A model generated the notes under the pieces. The model was not told where the DNA came from, ran no database searches, and saw only the letters and a program-made list of their open reading frames with translations. Source: Octopus sinensis (taxonomy: Eukaryota). Taken from it: a stretch of DNA of 64,000 nucleotides. Each line of letters opens with the position of its first letter. Position 1 is the stretch's first letter. Location: NCBI RefSeq assembly GCF_006345805.1, contig NC_043016.1:25854001-25918000 (forward strand), read 5' to 3'. Of this stretch, positions 11,826 through 23,217 are shown piece after piece. Position numbers and translations under genes: made by a program.

Positions 11826-13630
11826 ATATTTCTTCCAAAGTCAATGCAATTCAGCGCATCGCAACCCCCCCCCCCCATTTCATTACGCCAACTCCGTCAC
11901 TTTTGGGGAGTCGTCAACTTTTACAGACGATTCATTCGTGATTGTGCAGACAAGTTACTTCCCTTGACTCTGCAATTGAAAGCAAATACAAAAAAAAATT
12001 CTATTACTTTATCTAACGAGGCATTATCTACTTTTGAGTCAACCAAAAAACAAATAGCTTCTGTTCCTTTGCTTGCACATTTGGTTCCCGATGCTCCTCT
12101 CTCTTTAACCGTTGATGCATCGGATTCTGCGGTTGGTGCTGTTTTGCAGCACACCGTAGACAATCAGACTAAACCTTTGGCGCTTTTTTCTCGTCAATTA
12201 AAGCCAGCTGAATGTCGGTACAGTTCGTTTGATCGCAAGCTCTTAGCGATCTACCTGTCAGTTCGTCATTTTCAACATCAACTCGAGGGCCGAGATTTTG
12301 TGAATTATACCGATCACAAGTCTCTTACGTTTGCTCTGTCATCTAAATCGGACAAACACTCGCTTCATGCTTTTCGTCACCTGGACTACACTTCCCAGTT
12401 CACGAGTGACATTCGGCACATACCTGGAACAGAGAACGTGCCTGCTGGCACACTCTCCCATCTTCGTGTGTGCTCCCTTTCATCTGCTGCTGCAATCGAT
12501 TTAACTGCCATTGCGCAGGATCAACCAGCTCTGGACACTTTGGATTTAGCTTCTACCAAGTTGTCCTGTTGCAAGTTTGCCTATCTTCCACTTCCGTCTG
12601 CTGAAGGCACCATTCTTTGTGACACAGCTACTGGTTCTCCCAGACCGTTTATACCTGAGAACTACCAGCGCTCCATTTTTGATGCCCTGCATTCACTGTC
12701 ACATCCTGGCGTCGCTGCCTCGGTGAAGCTTATTACGGCTCGGTTTTTCAGGCCTAGTATGCGCCGGATGATCACCGATTGGGCACGCTCTTAAGTAAAA
12801 TGCCAGCGTTCTAAAATCCACAGGCATATTCGTGCTCCTCTTGGAGAGTTTTCTCCTACGGAGACTCGCTTTCGCCATGTCCACATTGATCTGGTTGGAC
12901 CATGGCCTGTCAGTCGCGATTTCTTTTATTGACATGCGTCGATCGTTTCTCTCGTTGGCCAGAGTCCATTCCAATAGTGGACATTTCTGCTGAGTCAGTT
13001 GCTCGAGCTTTCGTTTGTAACTGGATTGCTCGCTTTGGTGACCCAGCTAAAATAACCACTGATCGCGGACGCCAGTTCGAGGATTCCCTATTTCGTGAAT
13101 TATTATGAATCTCAGGAGTTCATTACATTCGTGCGACCAGCTGCCACCCAGCCTCCAACAGGATGGTCGAACGTTTTCAGGGGCAACTGAAGGCCACTCT
13201 ACGCGCCACTCCTGATCCGCAGTCTTGGACAGAATTCCTGCCTATTATTCTTCTCGGTTGTCGCACTGCTGTTAAAGCAGACTTAGGTTTCTCCTCTGCT
13301 GAACTCCTTTACGGAACACCCTGGCACTCCCTGGTACAATGTTAGCGACAGACAAATCATCGCCTCCTGATCCAACGTCGTATGTCATCAGACTTCGCTC
13401 CTTTCTCTCGAGTCTTCCACCCATGCATCCGCGTGACCAGTCTATTCCCTCTCATGTCCCACCGGATATTGACAAATGGACTCATGTTTTTGTTCGGGAT
13501 GATTCTGTCAGAGGACCGTTTGTTTCTCCTTACAAAAGACCATTTTGTGTGCTGTCGCGCACACCCAAAACTTTTACTCTCAACATCGGTGATCGGACAG
13601 AGACCGTCTCAGACGAGAGGCTGAAAAAGG
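11826..13630 (+). pseudogene. Gypsy pol remnant: RT end, RNase H, integrase (stop/frameshift-broken)
   Basis: ORF 11844-12794 has LRHFWGVVNFYRRFI, LTVDASDSAVGAVL, FSRQLKPAECRYSSFDRKLLAIY, YTDHKSL and HSLSHPG; then VDRFSRWPE, ITTDRGRQFE, MVERFQGQLK and WTHVFVRDD. Confidence 0.92.
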
Positions 13631-13866
13631 CATATTTTGAAATTTCCACGCCCTTTGATGACACTCTGCCCACGCCTACTTTTGATCCTTTACATTTTGT
13701 CGAATTTTGTGCATGCCGATTTATATTTCCTGCAATTATTTTACTATTTGACTTGTCACATTTTTGTACCATATCTTGTTGGTTGCAATCAGTTACCATA
13801 TTTGCTCTTTCTTGTGCCTGCTCCAATTATTCTGTTTTTGCACTGCCGTTCTCAGAGGGGAGCCCT

Positions 13867-14353
13867 TGTAGCGGCACAAGCAGTCAGCGCCCTATTGGTT
13901 AAGATCTCGCCGGCAGCCATTGCTATCTCCAAGACTGGAGCAAGATCTTACCTGCATTCATTTGCCACACGCGAGATCACAACGAGGCTCGCAATGCAAA
14001 CTGGATGTAAGGGCCCAACAAACAGATTATCTTCCTCTTCTTCACTGTAAGCGCTTGCTGAACACACATATTCGCTTGCTGGATCTCCAAGCTAGTCCTG
14101 TCTGCACGTCGTATCTCTCCAGAGGTAATGGGCCCGCGTTAACGGAGATACAACGAAATGTGCACAGCTTGAGATGGTCTACTGAGAGCGACACACTTCA
14201 TTTATTCTGTGTAAATATGTAAATAAAACTGGATGTGAATTTGCATTTCCACTTGAGACTTCTTTCCAACAGGAGCCTGAAACAACACAAAGAACAATTT
14301 TAATGGGAGAAGGCGATATTCATCCGATATCTGAACCTTGCCTTCCCATTATA
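13867..14353 (+). repeat. 3' LTR of Gypsy element 2 (~490 bp)
   Basis: TG start after the PPT, aataaa at ~14222; right end placed by the target-site duplication. Confidence 0.7.
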
Positions 14354-14519
14354 CTTCCTTTACTTGCACTTACTGTTTTAATTAACCAACCTTGATTTAA
14401 TTAAACAGTCAGTGCCAGTCTAACGATAACTGTCTGAATGATTGAACCACATGTAAAGTCTTCTCTTATTTTATCTCGTTAGTTATGTCATTATAACACG
14501 ACGTGATATTATAACAAAA

Positions 14520-14790
14520 ATGGTTCTCCCATGTCCCAGTTCTAATGGAAAGCTTCTCAGTATCTCCAGTTACCATAGTCATGATCAGGACGTGCAGAAA
14601 GGGTGAGAGAAGTCACTCCTGATGGATCAAGCACGGTTCAAGACTATTCCAAAAGGTGACTATTTCATCTCACCACTCAGTAGATGTCACTATCCATTAG
14701 AGAGATCCAAATTCTGAAAATGAAACTGATGTAATTGCCTTGAGGTCAACTGACAGATTATGTTGGTCAAACCTAGTGGAAGCTTTTGAC
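14520..14790 (-). mobile_element. Degenerate RTE-like RT fragment
   Basis: Minus-strand LIHQE*LLSPFLHVLIM resembles the RTE LHQGSALSPFLFVLIM motif. Confidence 0.35.
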
Positions 14791-15057
14791 TGACACAAAT
14801 TATTTTATTTCCAAAGCGTATGCATTTTGTAGTTGTTGTTTTCCTAAATATAAAGTAGATCTATATATTTCCAAGAAACAAAATTATTCCATTCGCAAAA
14901 ATAAAAAGGTAATAATACTCAACAAATGGAAACAAATCAAATCGTTAAAATTTACGAAAATGCTGAAGGGTACGTAGAAGTAATATTATGTTTGGTGATA
15001 CAAACAGGAAAATAGGACCCAAAACATGAGTATATATACGTTTTTTAATAAAGAGGT

Positions 15058-15151
15058 GGCAGAATTTACCGAGTGACTCAAGGGCTGAGAGTTTCGTGCG
15101 TTGGCCCTTCTCAAACGAAACTCTCGGCTCGAGTCACTCTGTAATTCTGCC
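15058..15151. ncRNA. 94-nt hairpin: candidate pre-miRNA, or a palindromic repeat
   Basis: ggcagaatttaccgagtgactcaagggctgagagtttcgt pairs with acgaaactctcggctcgagtcactctgtaattctgcc across a 17-nt loop. No known mature miRNA recognised. Confidence 0.35.
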
Positions 15152-16360
15152 GATTATTAATAATAAAAAAAAAAACAGAAACGTAAAAGAAATATTATCT
15201 GTTATAAATCAATATAAAATACGATAGTATTCAATGATTCTATACGGCATGTAAACAAACAACCGAAGCACGAGTTCATATCAATACAAGACTGACTGTA
15301 TATGTCATTCACATACACAAACAAGAAAATAAATTAATACGCAAACTTTAATGAAAAGCAGGATGCACACCGTGAATTTTATGAATAAAAAATACGAAAA
15401 TGGGACGTGGAAAACTTAGAAACACAAAGAATCCATTAAACCGGTACAAGATGAAAATGATGTTATCTTCAATAAAAGACCGGACTGTGATTTTTCAGGA
15501 CTCGCAAATAAATCGGAAAAGATGATAAATATATTTTTTTGATTTACATGTATTTTATAGTGAGACTTTACTATAAATATAACCGGCGTTATAATCGTGA
15601 AATGTAATTTTGGACTTCATAAAGGTTAGCTAACTAAATATTCAGAAATTGAAATGGAATATTTATTTTATAAGAATGACAACATAATGAAAACGTAAAT
15701 AACGATGACAGATCAATTACAGACAAAACCAAGGAGGAAGATCTCTAAAGCACTCTCAGAATACTGATCATCGTCATCATCATTATCAGCTTTTAACGAA
15801 CTCTTAAAAGGCTGGATGGTTTGACAGGGTTTCTATTGCAGGATGCTCTTCTTAATGCCAACCACTTTACAAAGTTTACTTGGTGTGTGTGTGAGAGAGA
15901 GAGAGAGTTCTTTTTTTTATTTTAGCACTAGTACAAGTGAGATTACCATGTAGCTCACAAAAATAATATCTCCTTCAAATGAAAGGGACTACAGAAAAAA
16001 TGGAAGCAGTAGCATGGTTAAAGTATTGTAGCAGGGATTCAAACTCTAATTGCTAGACACTTGGTTAGACACCACAACTGAGCCGCCACAGTTTCACGTG
16101 ATTGATCAATAAACCAACTAACCAGTATGAAGCTGTTGCATGATATGGCTTCTTTGGTGGTCTAGAATTTACCTTCTTGCTGCCCCATATAAACTGATTG
16201 GCACTTAATTCACCAGCAAGAATGCTGAGAGTGACTGACTGATTCACACACCCCACCTCTTGTCAGGCAAATGACCTCTAGCACTCAAGCAGACTGCTTT
16301 GGACTTTTGTGCAAACAGACCAATTCTAATCATTTACACAATGTCCTATAAGTAGCTTCT

Positions 16361-16592
16361 TATTTCTTTATTGCCTATAAGGGGCTAAACATAGAGGGGA
16401 CAAACAAGGACAGACAAACAGATTAAGTCGATTATATCAATCCCAGTGCATAACTGGTACTTATTTAATCGATCCCGAAAAGATGAAAGGCAAAGTCGAC
16501 CTCGGTGAAACTTGAACTCAGAACGTAGCGGCAAACGAAATACCGCTATACATTTCGCCTGGCATGCTAACGTTTCTGCCAGCTCACTGCCT
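16361..16592 (-). mobile_element. SINE family B, full length, 12-bp TSD
   Basis: Reverse complement of the 53211-53440 copy; taagtagcttct at 16349-16360 and 16593-16604. Confidence 0.92.
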
Positions 16593-17033
16593 TAAGTAGC
16601 TTCTATGGATACGGTATGGTTTTTCTTTCCTCTTAGTTGGCAATTATCAATATTTTTCATTGTAAATAGCCAACACCGAATATATTATGTCCAACAACAA
16701 ATATCGAAGTTAACGGTTGTGAGTTAAAAGTTGCTTCAGTTATTCTACATGCAACTTTCTCCCAGCAAAGAAAGGTCCAGCAATGATATTATCTCCATAA
16801 TACAAGCAATCATTCCATGTCAGTATGAAGGAAGTGGCTAGAAGAGGTTTCTTGCTGAGAGGAGATGCATAGCTTTTTATGTTATACATGAGTGGGTCAG
16901 TAATCAAGTTGGAGCCCGAGTACTCAAGGGAGATAAAGATGGTAGTGTAGAGGTTACAAGGGTATGTGGTGAGGGTGAGGGATGGTAAGGTATAGGATAG
17001 GAGGTACGATGAACAGAGGTTTAGGTGATAGAG

Positions 17034-17634
17034 CAGGGGTTCTCAACCATTTTTTATCTGTAAAGATAACAGGTAAAGTTACGTTCTTGAGTCATGCTGA
17101 CTCATAAGTTTCCATGGCACATATATTCCCTACCGGGACACCGGTCCATCACAGGACTACTCATTTTTGCCAGATGAGTAGACTGGAGCAACGTGAAATG
17201 AAATATTTTGCTCAAGAACACAGTGTGTTGCCCAGTCCAGGAACTGAAATCATAATAATTTGATCATGAGTTCAACACCCTAACCACTAAGCCCCACACC
17301 ACCATGTTTCTTTTTTTTTATCTATGGACCCCTTTGATTCCTATTTTTTTCTGGTGATCCCCCATAGCCATTTGATGTTTTAAAACTAGTTCTATAGAAA
17401 CCTCTCACAAAATTCTTATTTTGTTTTTCACACATTAACTTGTGTAGGTTGCACTGTGTAAAATGTTAAAGAAAGAAACCCAGCAGTTTCTTGCAATACA
17501 CACCAATACATACATGTAAAGCATTATTTTTTCAGAAGCCCGTAAAATACTATTGCGGATCCCTAATTTACTATTTTGCTGCATGGACCAAACCACCACC
17601 AAAATCCTATATGGGTCCTGGATGAGAACCCCTA
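17034..17634. mobile_element. hAT (Charlie-like) MITE containing a SINE
   Basis: TIRs caggggttctcaacc / ggatgagaacccct; 8-bp TSD tgatagag vs tggtagag (7/8). Confidence 0.8.
17060..17300 (-). mobile_element. CORE-type SINE (family C, tail type 3)
   Basis: tRNA-like head, ttgagcaaaatatttcatttcacgttgctccagtctactcatctggcaaaaatgagt central domain, tail cctgtgatggaccggtgtcc...; ttttttatct duplicated at the flanks. Confidence 0.8.
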
Positions 17635-18840
17635 TGGTAGAGGATCAATGATAAATATGACTGGATAAAAGGTAGGGGAGAGTAGTTGATGACAAGATAT
17701 TGGGTGAGGTGTGAGGTAAATGTAGTGAATAATGGAGAGGTGACTATATATGAATTTTAGGTAGAGTGAATGCTGACTAGCAGTACAAAAAAGATGAAGA
17801 GCAAAAGAATTGTAATAATAAAGTAGACAGACAGAAGAAGAATGAGGGAAAGGGTAGTTGACCAAAGATAGACGTAGTATGTGATGAGAAGGAAAGATGT
17901 GTGGTGATTGAGTTAAATCAACAGAAAGTGATTCAATGGAGAGAGAGAGATAATTTAGTAACATTACAAGATGGGATGAACAATGTAAAATATGAGTGGA
18001 GAGGAACAATGTTAAGAATCAAGCATGGTTGTCAAGTGCAGTGGTTCTGAGTAGTGAGAACGATAATTAGTACCACAGAAAAGATGACAAAATATGTAGT
18101 TCTGTTCTCATTTAATTATATCTACAAAATACTGTAGTTAGTGAATGATGGAGAGATCAGTGATAGAGAATGAGGTGTGGAAAAGAAGTCTTAACAAGAA
18201 AATTAGACAAGGAGTCCAGTTATGTATGTACATATGTTTTAAGAACCTCAGTTCGCTGAGATGGATGGGTCTTCTTGAGTATTGCATCTCAACTCATCCT
18301 AGTTTTTTGTCACTCACTCCATGAAATTCAAAGTCCTAAGATCAGCTTTTACTATATTGACTCATGTCTTCCTCAGTTACTCTCTTTCACAAATGCCAAC
18401 TAAAATGATGTCAGCAAAATAATGTTTAAAATTTGAAAATGTAACAGGTTTATAAATCTTCAAGAGAATAACTACAATACAAAATATCTTCAATAAAACA
18501 CTCCATACTCCAATACTTTTGAAACTAAAAATAAGAAAACTAAATTAGAGAAACCAGTTAAGTAACCATATAAATTTTCATAAAGTAGAATTTCATAAAT
18601 TGCATTTTCAACATTTTTCTTGTGTGTGTGAATTGTTACTAATCCAAACAATAGTAGTACAGAAGAAATAAACGAAGTTGAAAATGCACAGAGAACACAT
18701 GAGGACTTTTTTCAATTTTAAACTGGTTTCACATTTGATTTTCAAAATTTATATTATGTGGAGCTGGGCTACAAATTGTACCTTTTCTCTGCATTGTGTG
18801 AAAACATGCAAAACACAGTATGTATATTATATATATATAA

Positions 18841-19823
18841 AATAAAAGAAGGCAAAGGCACACACTTTACATAGTTTTAATATAATTTATATCGTGTTTG
18901 TTTGTCGAATGGTTTCGCTTTCACTAATCATGACATTGATATTATTGAAATTTGTATTTTCTTAAGATTTTTGTCCATGTTCTGTGTGGAGAAGTTTGTG
19001 AATGAATGATTCAACGAGTAGAAAAATCTAAGGGGATTTAATTGGGGATCATTATTATTGGGGGCAGTGGAGGTAATTGCTCATCTTTCAGGGAGGGGAT
19101 AAATAAATATACACAAAAAGAGAGGTTCACAATTAAAACCAACTTCACTTGTGCTTCTGAGAATCTAATTTATGTTATAACTTGCTCAGGTTGTGGACAT
19201 AACTATATAGGACAGACAAAAATGACAATGAGATGGCGAACCACACTACATAAGGAAAAGATCTTGTTCCCACAATACAAACATATTCCTTTGAGTGAAC
19301 ACATAGAGATGTGCAGGTAATATCCAACCAAACTTCACATTTTCCCCCATCTAATAGTGCAAAGAAACAATTTCTATACAAGAATATTTAAATAAAGAAA
19401 ATTTGTTCATCAAAAGATACAGAACACATCTAAATATGAACATATAACCTACTCTGATCTCAGTACATATATTAATTGATGATCACATACCCATCACTGC
19501 ACATATTTCATCTCACTACTTTAGCTTTTGAGTTTTTGTGTATATTTATTTACCCTCTCCCCGAAAGATGAGCAATTACCTCCCCTGTCCCCAATAATAA
19601 CGATCACCATTTACCTCCCCTTAGATTTTTCTACTTGTTGAATCATTCATTCACAAATTTCTCCACACACTACATGGACTAAGATCTTCCTTAGAAAATA
19701 TGAAATTACAGTAATTTTAACGTTATGATTAGTGAAAGCAAAAACAGTCAACAAACACAATATAAAACATATTAAAAAATACATTAAAATGAGGTAAAGT
19801 GCGTGCATTTTCCTTCTTTTATT
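18841..19823 (+). mobile_element. 5'-truncated Penelope-like element with an inverted terminal repeat
   Basis: GIY-YIG peptide at 19120-19440 (FTCASENLIYVITCSGCGHNYIGQT...KENLFIKRYRTHLN); 18841-19119 is the reverse complement of 19533-19823. Confidence 0.85.
19120..19440 (+). pseudogene. Penelope GIY-YIG endonuclease remnant
   Basis: NLIYVITC-x2-C-x3-YIGQT and RxxxH motifs; stop and frameshift after 19320. Confidence 0.88.
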
Positions 19824-19828
19824 ATATA

Positions 19829-21480
19829 CTAGCAGTATCGCCCGGCGTTGCTCGGGTTTGTTTCGACCCGCTGGAATTGTAATTTTGAAAAGTAAAAATT
19901 TTGTGAACATTTTTCTGGTCGAAATACACCGAAAAGTGGCAACACAGCAGTGAAAAAATCGTAAAAAATAGGGATTTTCATAGAAAAAAGCATCTTTTTG
20001 ATGTAAATAATTTTTGGTGTTAACATGGTCCGATTTGAATTTTATGTTCTATGGAAGGAAGAGCAACCCTTCTTCTACCATACTCTCAATTTTGGTCAAC
20101 TTGCGCCGCAGGGTCTCGGAGGAGATAGTGTTAGTTGAAGGTTACCATTCTAGGTGCCTGAGTAACAACCTCGCGGATTTACAGATAAATGAATTAATTA
20201 CTATTTTACAGAATAAAATTAAATAATTTTTGAAAATTAATTAATATTAATATTTTTTGAACAAAGTAAATAATTTTTAAAACTTAAATAATAATTTTTT
20301 TTACACAAACGCAAACGGGGAAAGGGGGGTGGCGAATTCGATTTACATACCTAAATTTTTTCTTTTTCATGACATTATAGCAAAATAGTAGTGAATTATA
20401 TAAATACCAGCAGTACATTCTTTTTTCTGGGGTATTTTTTTTCAACCTCGTCACATATTTGCCCCTTTCAATTCAAACAAAGTCTTAATTAAGCAAGTAC
20501 AGCAGCTTAGCAATGGTTTCAATACAGGCGTGACATCTGTATCTCAATTGTTCAAAACCCTTCGAATTTTTTCGCACGTGATGATATCATAGTGAAAACT
20601 TTCAATTACACGCGCTTAGAAGTACGCTTGCAAATTAATACTACCAAAATTTTGAAGTTCGCGCTCTGCTTGTGTGTGTGTGTGTGCGTGCTTTAGGTGT
20701 ACGTAGGTATGTGTTTTTGTGTGTGTGTGTCACTGAAGCCATACATACATATATACATGCATAACCTATCTCTCTCTTTTCTCTCTCAGTCACTCACTAC
20801 AAAAAGTGAATAAAAAAAGTTCAGTTATTTCTGTCTTTCACTCTGTCTGTCTCTTACACACACTAACAAAAGCACTTCACTTACACACCACACTTTCTGT
20901 GTCGCACAACCCATCAAACACACACACACACACACACACACACTCACGCATGCACACATGTACATCAATGCTTTCGGAGTGAAATGTTAAAATATTGAGT
21001 TTTCTCGAATTTTGTCTTAATTGGGGGTGAAATTGAAAGAAATATATTATGGCATGACCGAATGGAGTACTTTGAAAAATCTTAGGTAAACTCTAATTGA
21101 AGAAATTGTGTGAGGAGTAAATCGTTATGTATTTATTTGTTTCTGTTTGCTGTGTTTTTTTATTTTTTGAGTAGTGGTTTAAATACTTTCAGTTTAGTCT
21201 TCCTCAAATCACTCTGTCGCTATTTACTTTCATTTTATTCATTGCACACTGTGTGTGTGTGTGTGGTGTAAACCACATTAAGAAAAGCATTTGACATACA
21301 CACCAGAATGTGAGTTTTCTGTAAATTTTGCTTAATTGGAGTTTAAATTTTAAAAACTGGACCTGGCATGACCCGATGCATTCTACTCTTAAAAATGCTA
21401 GGTAAATTGTAATTGAAGAAATCCTATATTGTAGATTTCTATAAGTTACAAAGGGAGGCAGATAAAATCTGCCTTTTATA
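19829..21480 (-). mobile_element. Non-autonomous Helitron-type element
   Basis: Minus-strand 3' end CTAG|T (19829-19832) with hairpin cccggcgttgctcggg at 19841-19856; the other end has hairpin ggcaga-taaaa-tctgcc (21457-21473); internal ~110-bp duplication (~21000 vs ~21310). Confidence 0.75.
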
Positions 21481-21648
21481 ATCTCTTATTATTATTTTAT
21501 AATCTCTTATTATTTTATAATCTCTTATTATTATTAAATAAAGCATATTACTCTACCTCTGGTATTTGAGTACTCTTTTTTCCACCCTGTTTCACATTAA
21601 TATGCTTACTCCGGTATATATATATATATAATATATATATATATATAT

Positions 21649-21689
<41 letters not shown>

Positions 21690-21849
21690 TATACACATAT
21701 AAATATGCACACACACACACATACACAATAGAGGAGATAGAAAGAAAAGAAATAATTCTCAAAGCCATGTAATTTCAATGGCAAAGACAATAACAACAAC
21801 ATTTTTGGTCAGCTTCTTTCATGACTGATTCTTCCTATGATTGAAGTGC

Positions 21850-22150
21850 AGCTTCTGTCACAGTACCTGCATACAAAGAGGGTGGCTTGGCACTCTGCAT
21901 TTCTGTTGTTTTCCTTTCACCGCTGATGCTTCTCAACTTGTTTTTTTCCAGTAGCTGCTCTGTAGCGAAGCAGTTCCTTCCTTCACCACAGTCCTCCATG
22001 TTGTTCTACCTTCAGTCCTCTCTTCCCAGGTGTTGACATCCACATCACCCTTGGACAAACTAGTCTTGCAATTGTCCTTATACCTCAATTTTGGTCTTCC
22101 TCTTGGTCTCTTGCCCTGGGCCTGTTCTTCATAGAGCAGTTTCCAAACTC
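21850..22150 (-). mobile_element. RTE-BovB-like LINE, ORF2 3' end
   Basis: LLYEEQAQGKRPRGRPKLRYKDNCKTSL...WEERTEGRTTWRTVVKEG. Confidence 0.85.
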
Positions 22151-22744
22151 TCCAAGTCACATGGGAAGTGACAAGAAAATAGAGTTTCCAAACCGAAGAC
22201 AAGAGTAGAATCCTCTGATAAAAGCACCTAACAAAAGACTTTGTGGTAGTGTCAAGCTAGGTAACAGAAAAGGGAAAATATTCTTCAATGGAGAAATTAT
22301 GATTAAAATATCCAACGTTGCAAAAATGGTTTAAAATGAATTGCGAATGATACCAATTATTTTATCTTGGAAAATGTAGAGAATTTTATAAAAAGTGTTA
22401 GAAAAGCAACACTGCTGACTAATCTAACATTCCTAAGATTTAAGAAAATGTTGGCACTGCCATTTAGATGTTATCAATTTAAACACCTTTTCCTCTGACA
22501 AAAAAAAAAAAGGAAAAAAAATATCATATTCATTTCTATATTTTCAGAAAAGATAAAATAATTCATTAATTCATTTTCAGGATTTTGAAATGGGATTTTA
22601 GAAGGGAAGATTTCTGCAAGATATTGCAACAGTGAAAGATAAGTAAAAGAAAAATAAATATAGAGAAATAGAAATTTACAAAGATTCATTAAAAGACATA
22701 AGGTCTAGAGAGTACATTACTGCTGGGGGCCTTCAAATTCATCT

Positions 22745-22990
22745 TTTATTTATTTTTTTTTTATCTTTTACCAGTTTCAGTCACTAGACTGTGGCCATGC
22801 TGGGGCACTACTTCAAAGGGTTCAGTTGAATAAATTGATCCCCAATGCTTATATTTTTTGAAGTCTGGTATTTATTTTATTGGTCTCTTTTGCTAAACCA
22901 CTAATGTTTTGGAACAATAAACAAACCAACACTGGTTATCATGTGATGTGTATGTATGTGTGGGCAAACACAAACACAAAGACTCACACA
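22745..22990 (-). mobile_element. SINE family A, 3' half
   Basis: Reverse complement of the family-A tail (tttcagtcactagactgtggccatgctggggcac...). Confidence 0.75.
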
Positions 22991-23217
22991 CACTATACAT
23001 ACATACATATCATCATCATCGTTATCATCATCGTCATCACCGCCATCATCATCATCATCATCATTATTATCATCATTTAATGTCATTCTTCCTTAGCATG
23101 CTTTGGACAATTTAACAAGAGCTGATAAGCCAGAAAGCTGCACCAAGCTCCACTGTCTATTTAACATGGTTTTTATGGTTGGATACCCTTCCTAACACCA
23201 ACCACTTTACAGAGTAG

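Larger units (their letters stand above)
11801..14353 (+). mobile_element. Gypsy element 2, internally deleted
   Basis: tgtagcggcacaagcagtcagcgcc at 11801 and again at 13867 (after PPT gaggggagccc); pol remnant between them; (a)cttc at both flanks (11797-11800, 14354-14357). Confidence 0.85.
11719..14516 (+). mobile_element. Gypsy element 1 3' LTR, split by Gypsy element 2 (11719-11800 and ~14354-14516)
   Basis: Starts tgtaac right after a PPT-like tract, resumes after the duplicated cttc, and ends in ...ttataaca. The right end is inferred. Confidence 0.55.
16740..18010 (-). mobile_element. Decayed CR1-group LINE endonuclease region, interrupted by a hAT MITE
   Basis: Minus-strand ORF 17632-18009 and the 16760-16860 segment resemble degenerate CR1 endonuclease/linker sequence. 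Weak similarity only. Confidence 0.4.

Noticed and set aside
11844-12794. 316-aa ORF as an active or domesticated gene
   Set aside because: It starts mid-RT after a deletion, and the downstream integrase has stops and frameshifts; this fits a young but dead Gypsy.
15400-15525. MGRGK start resembling a MADS-box N-terminus
   Set aside because: The similarity ends after five residues and the ORF is about 41 codons.
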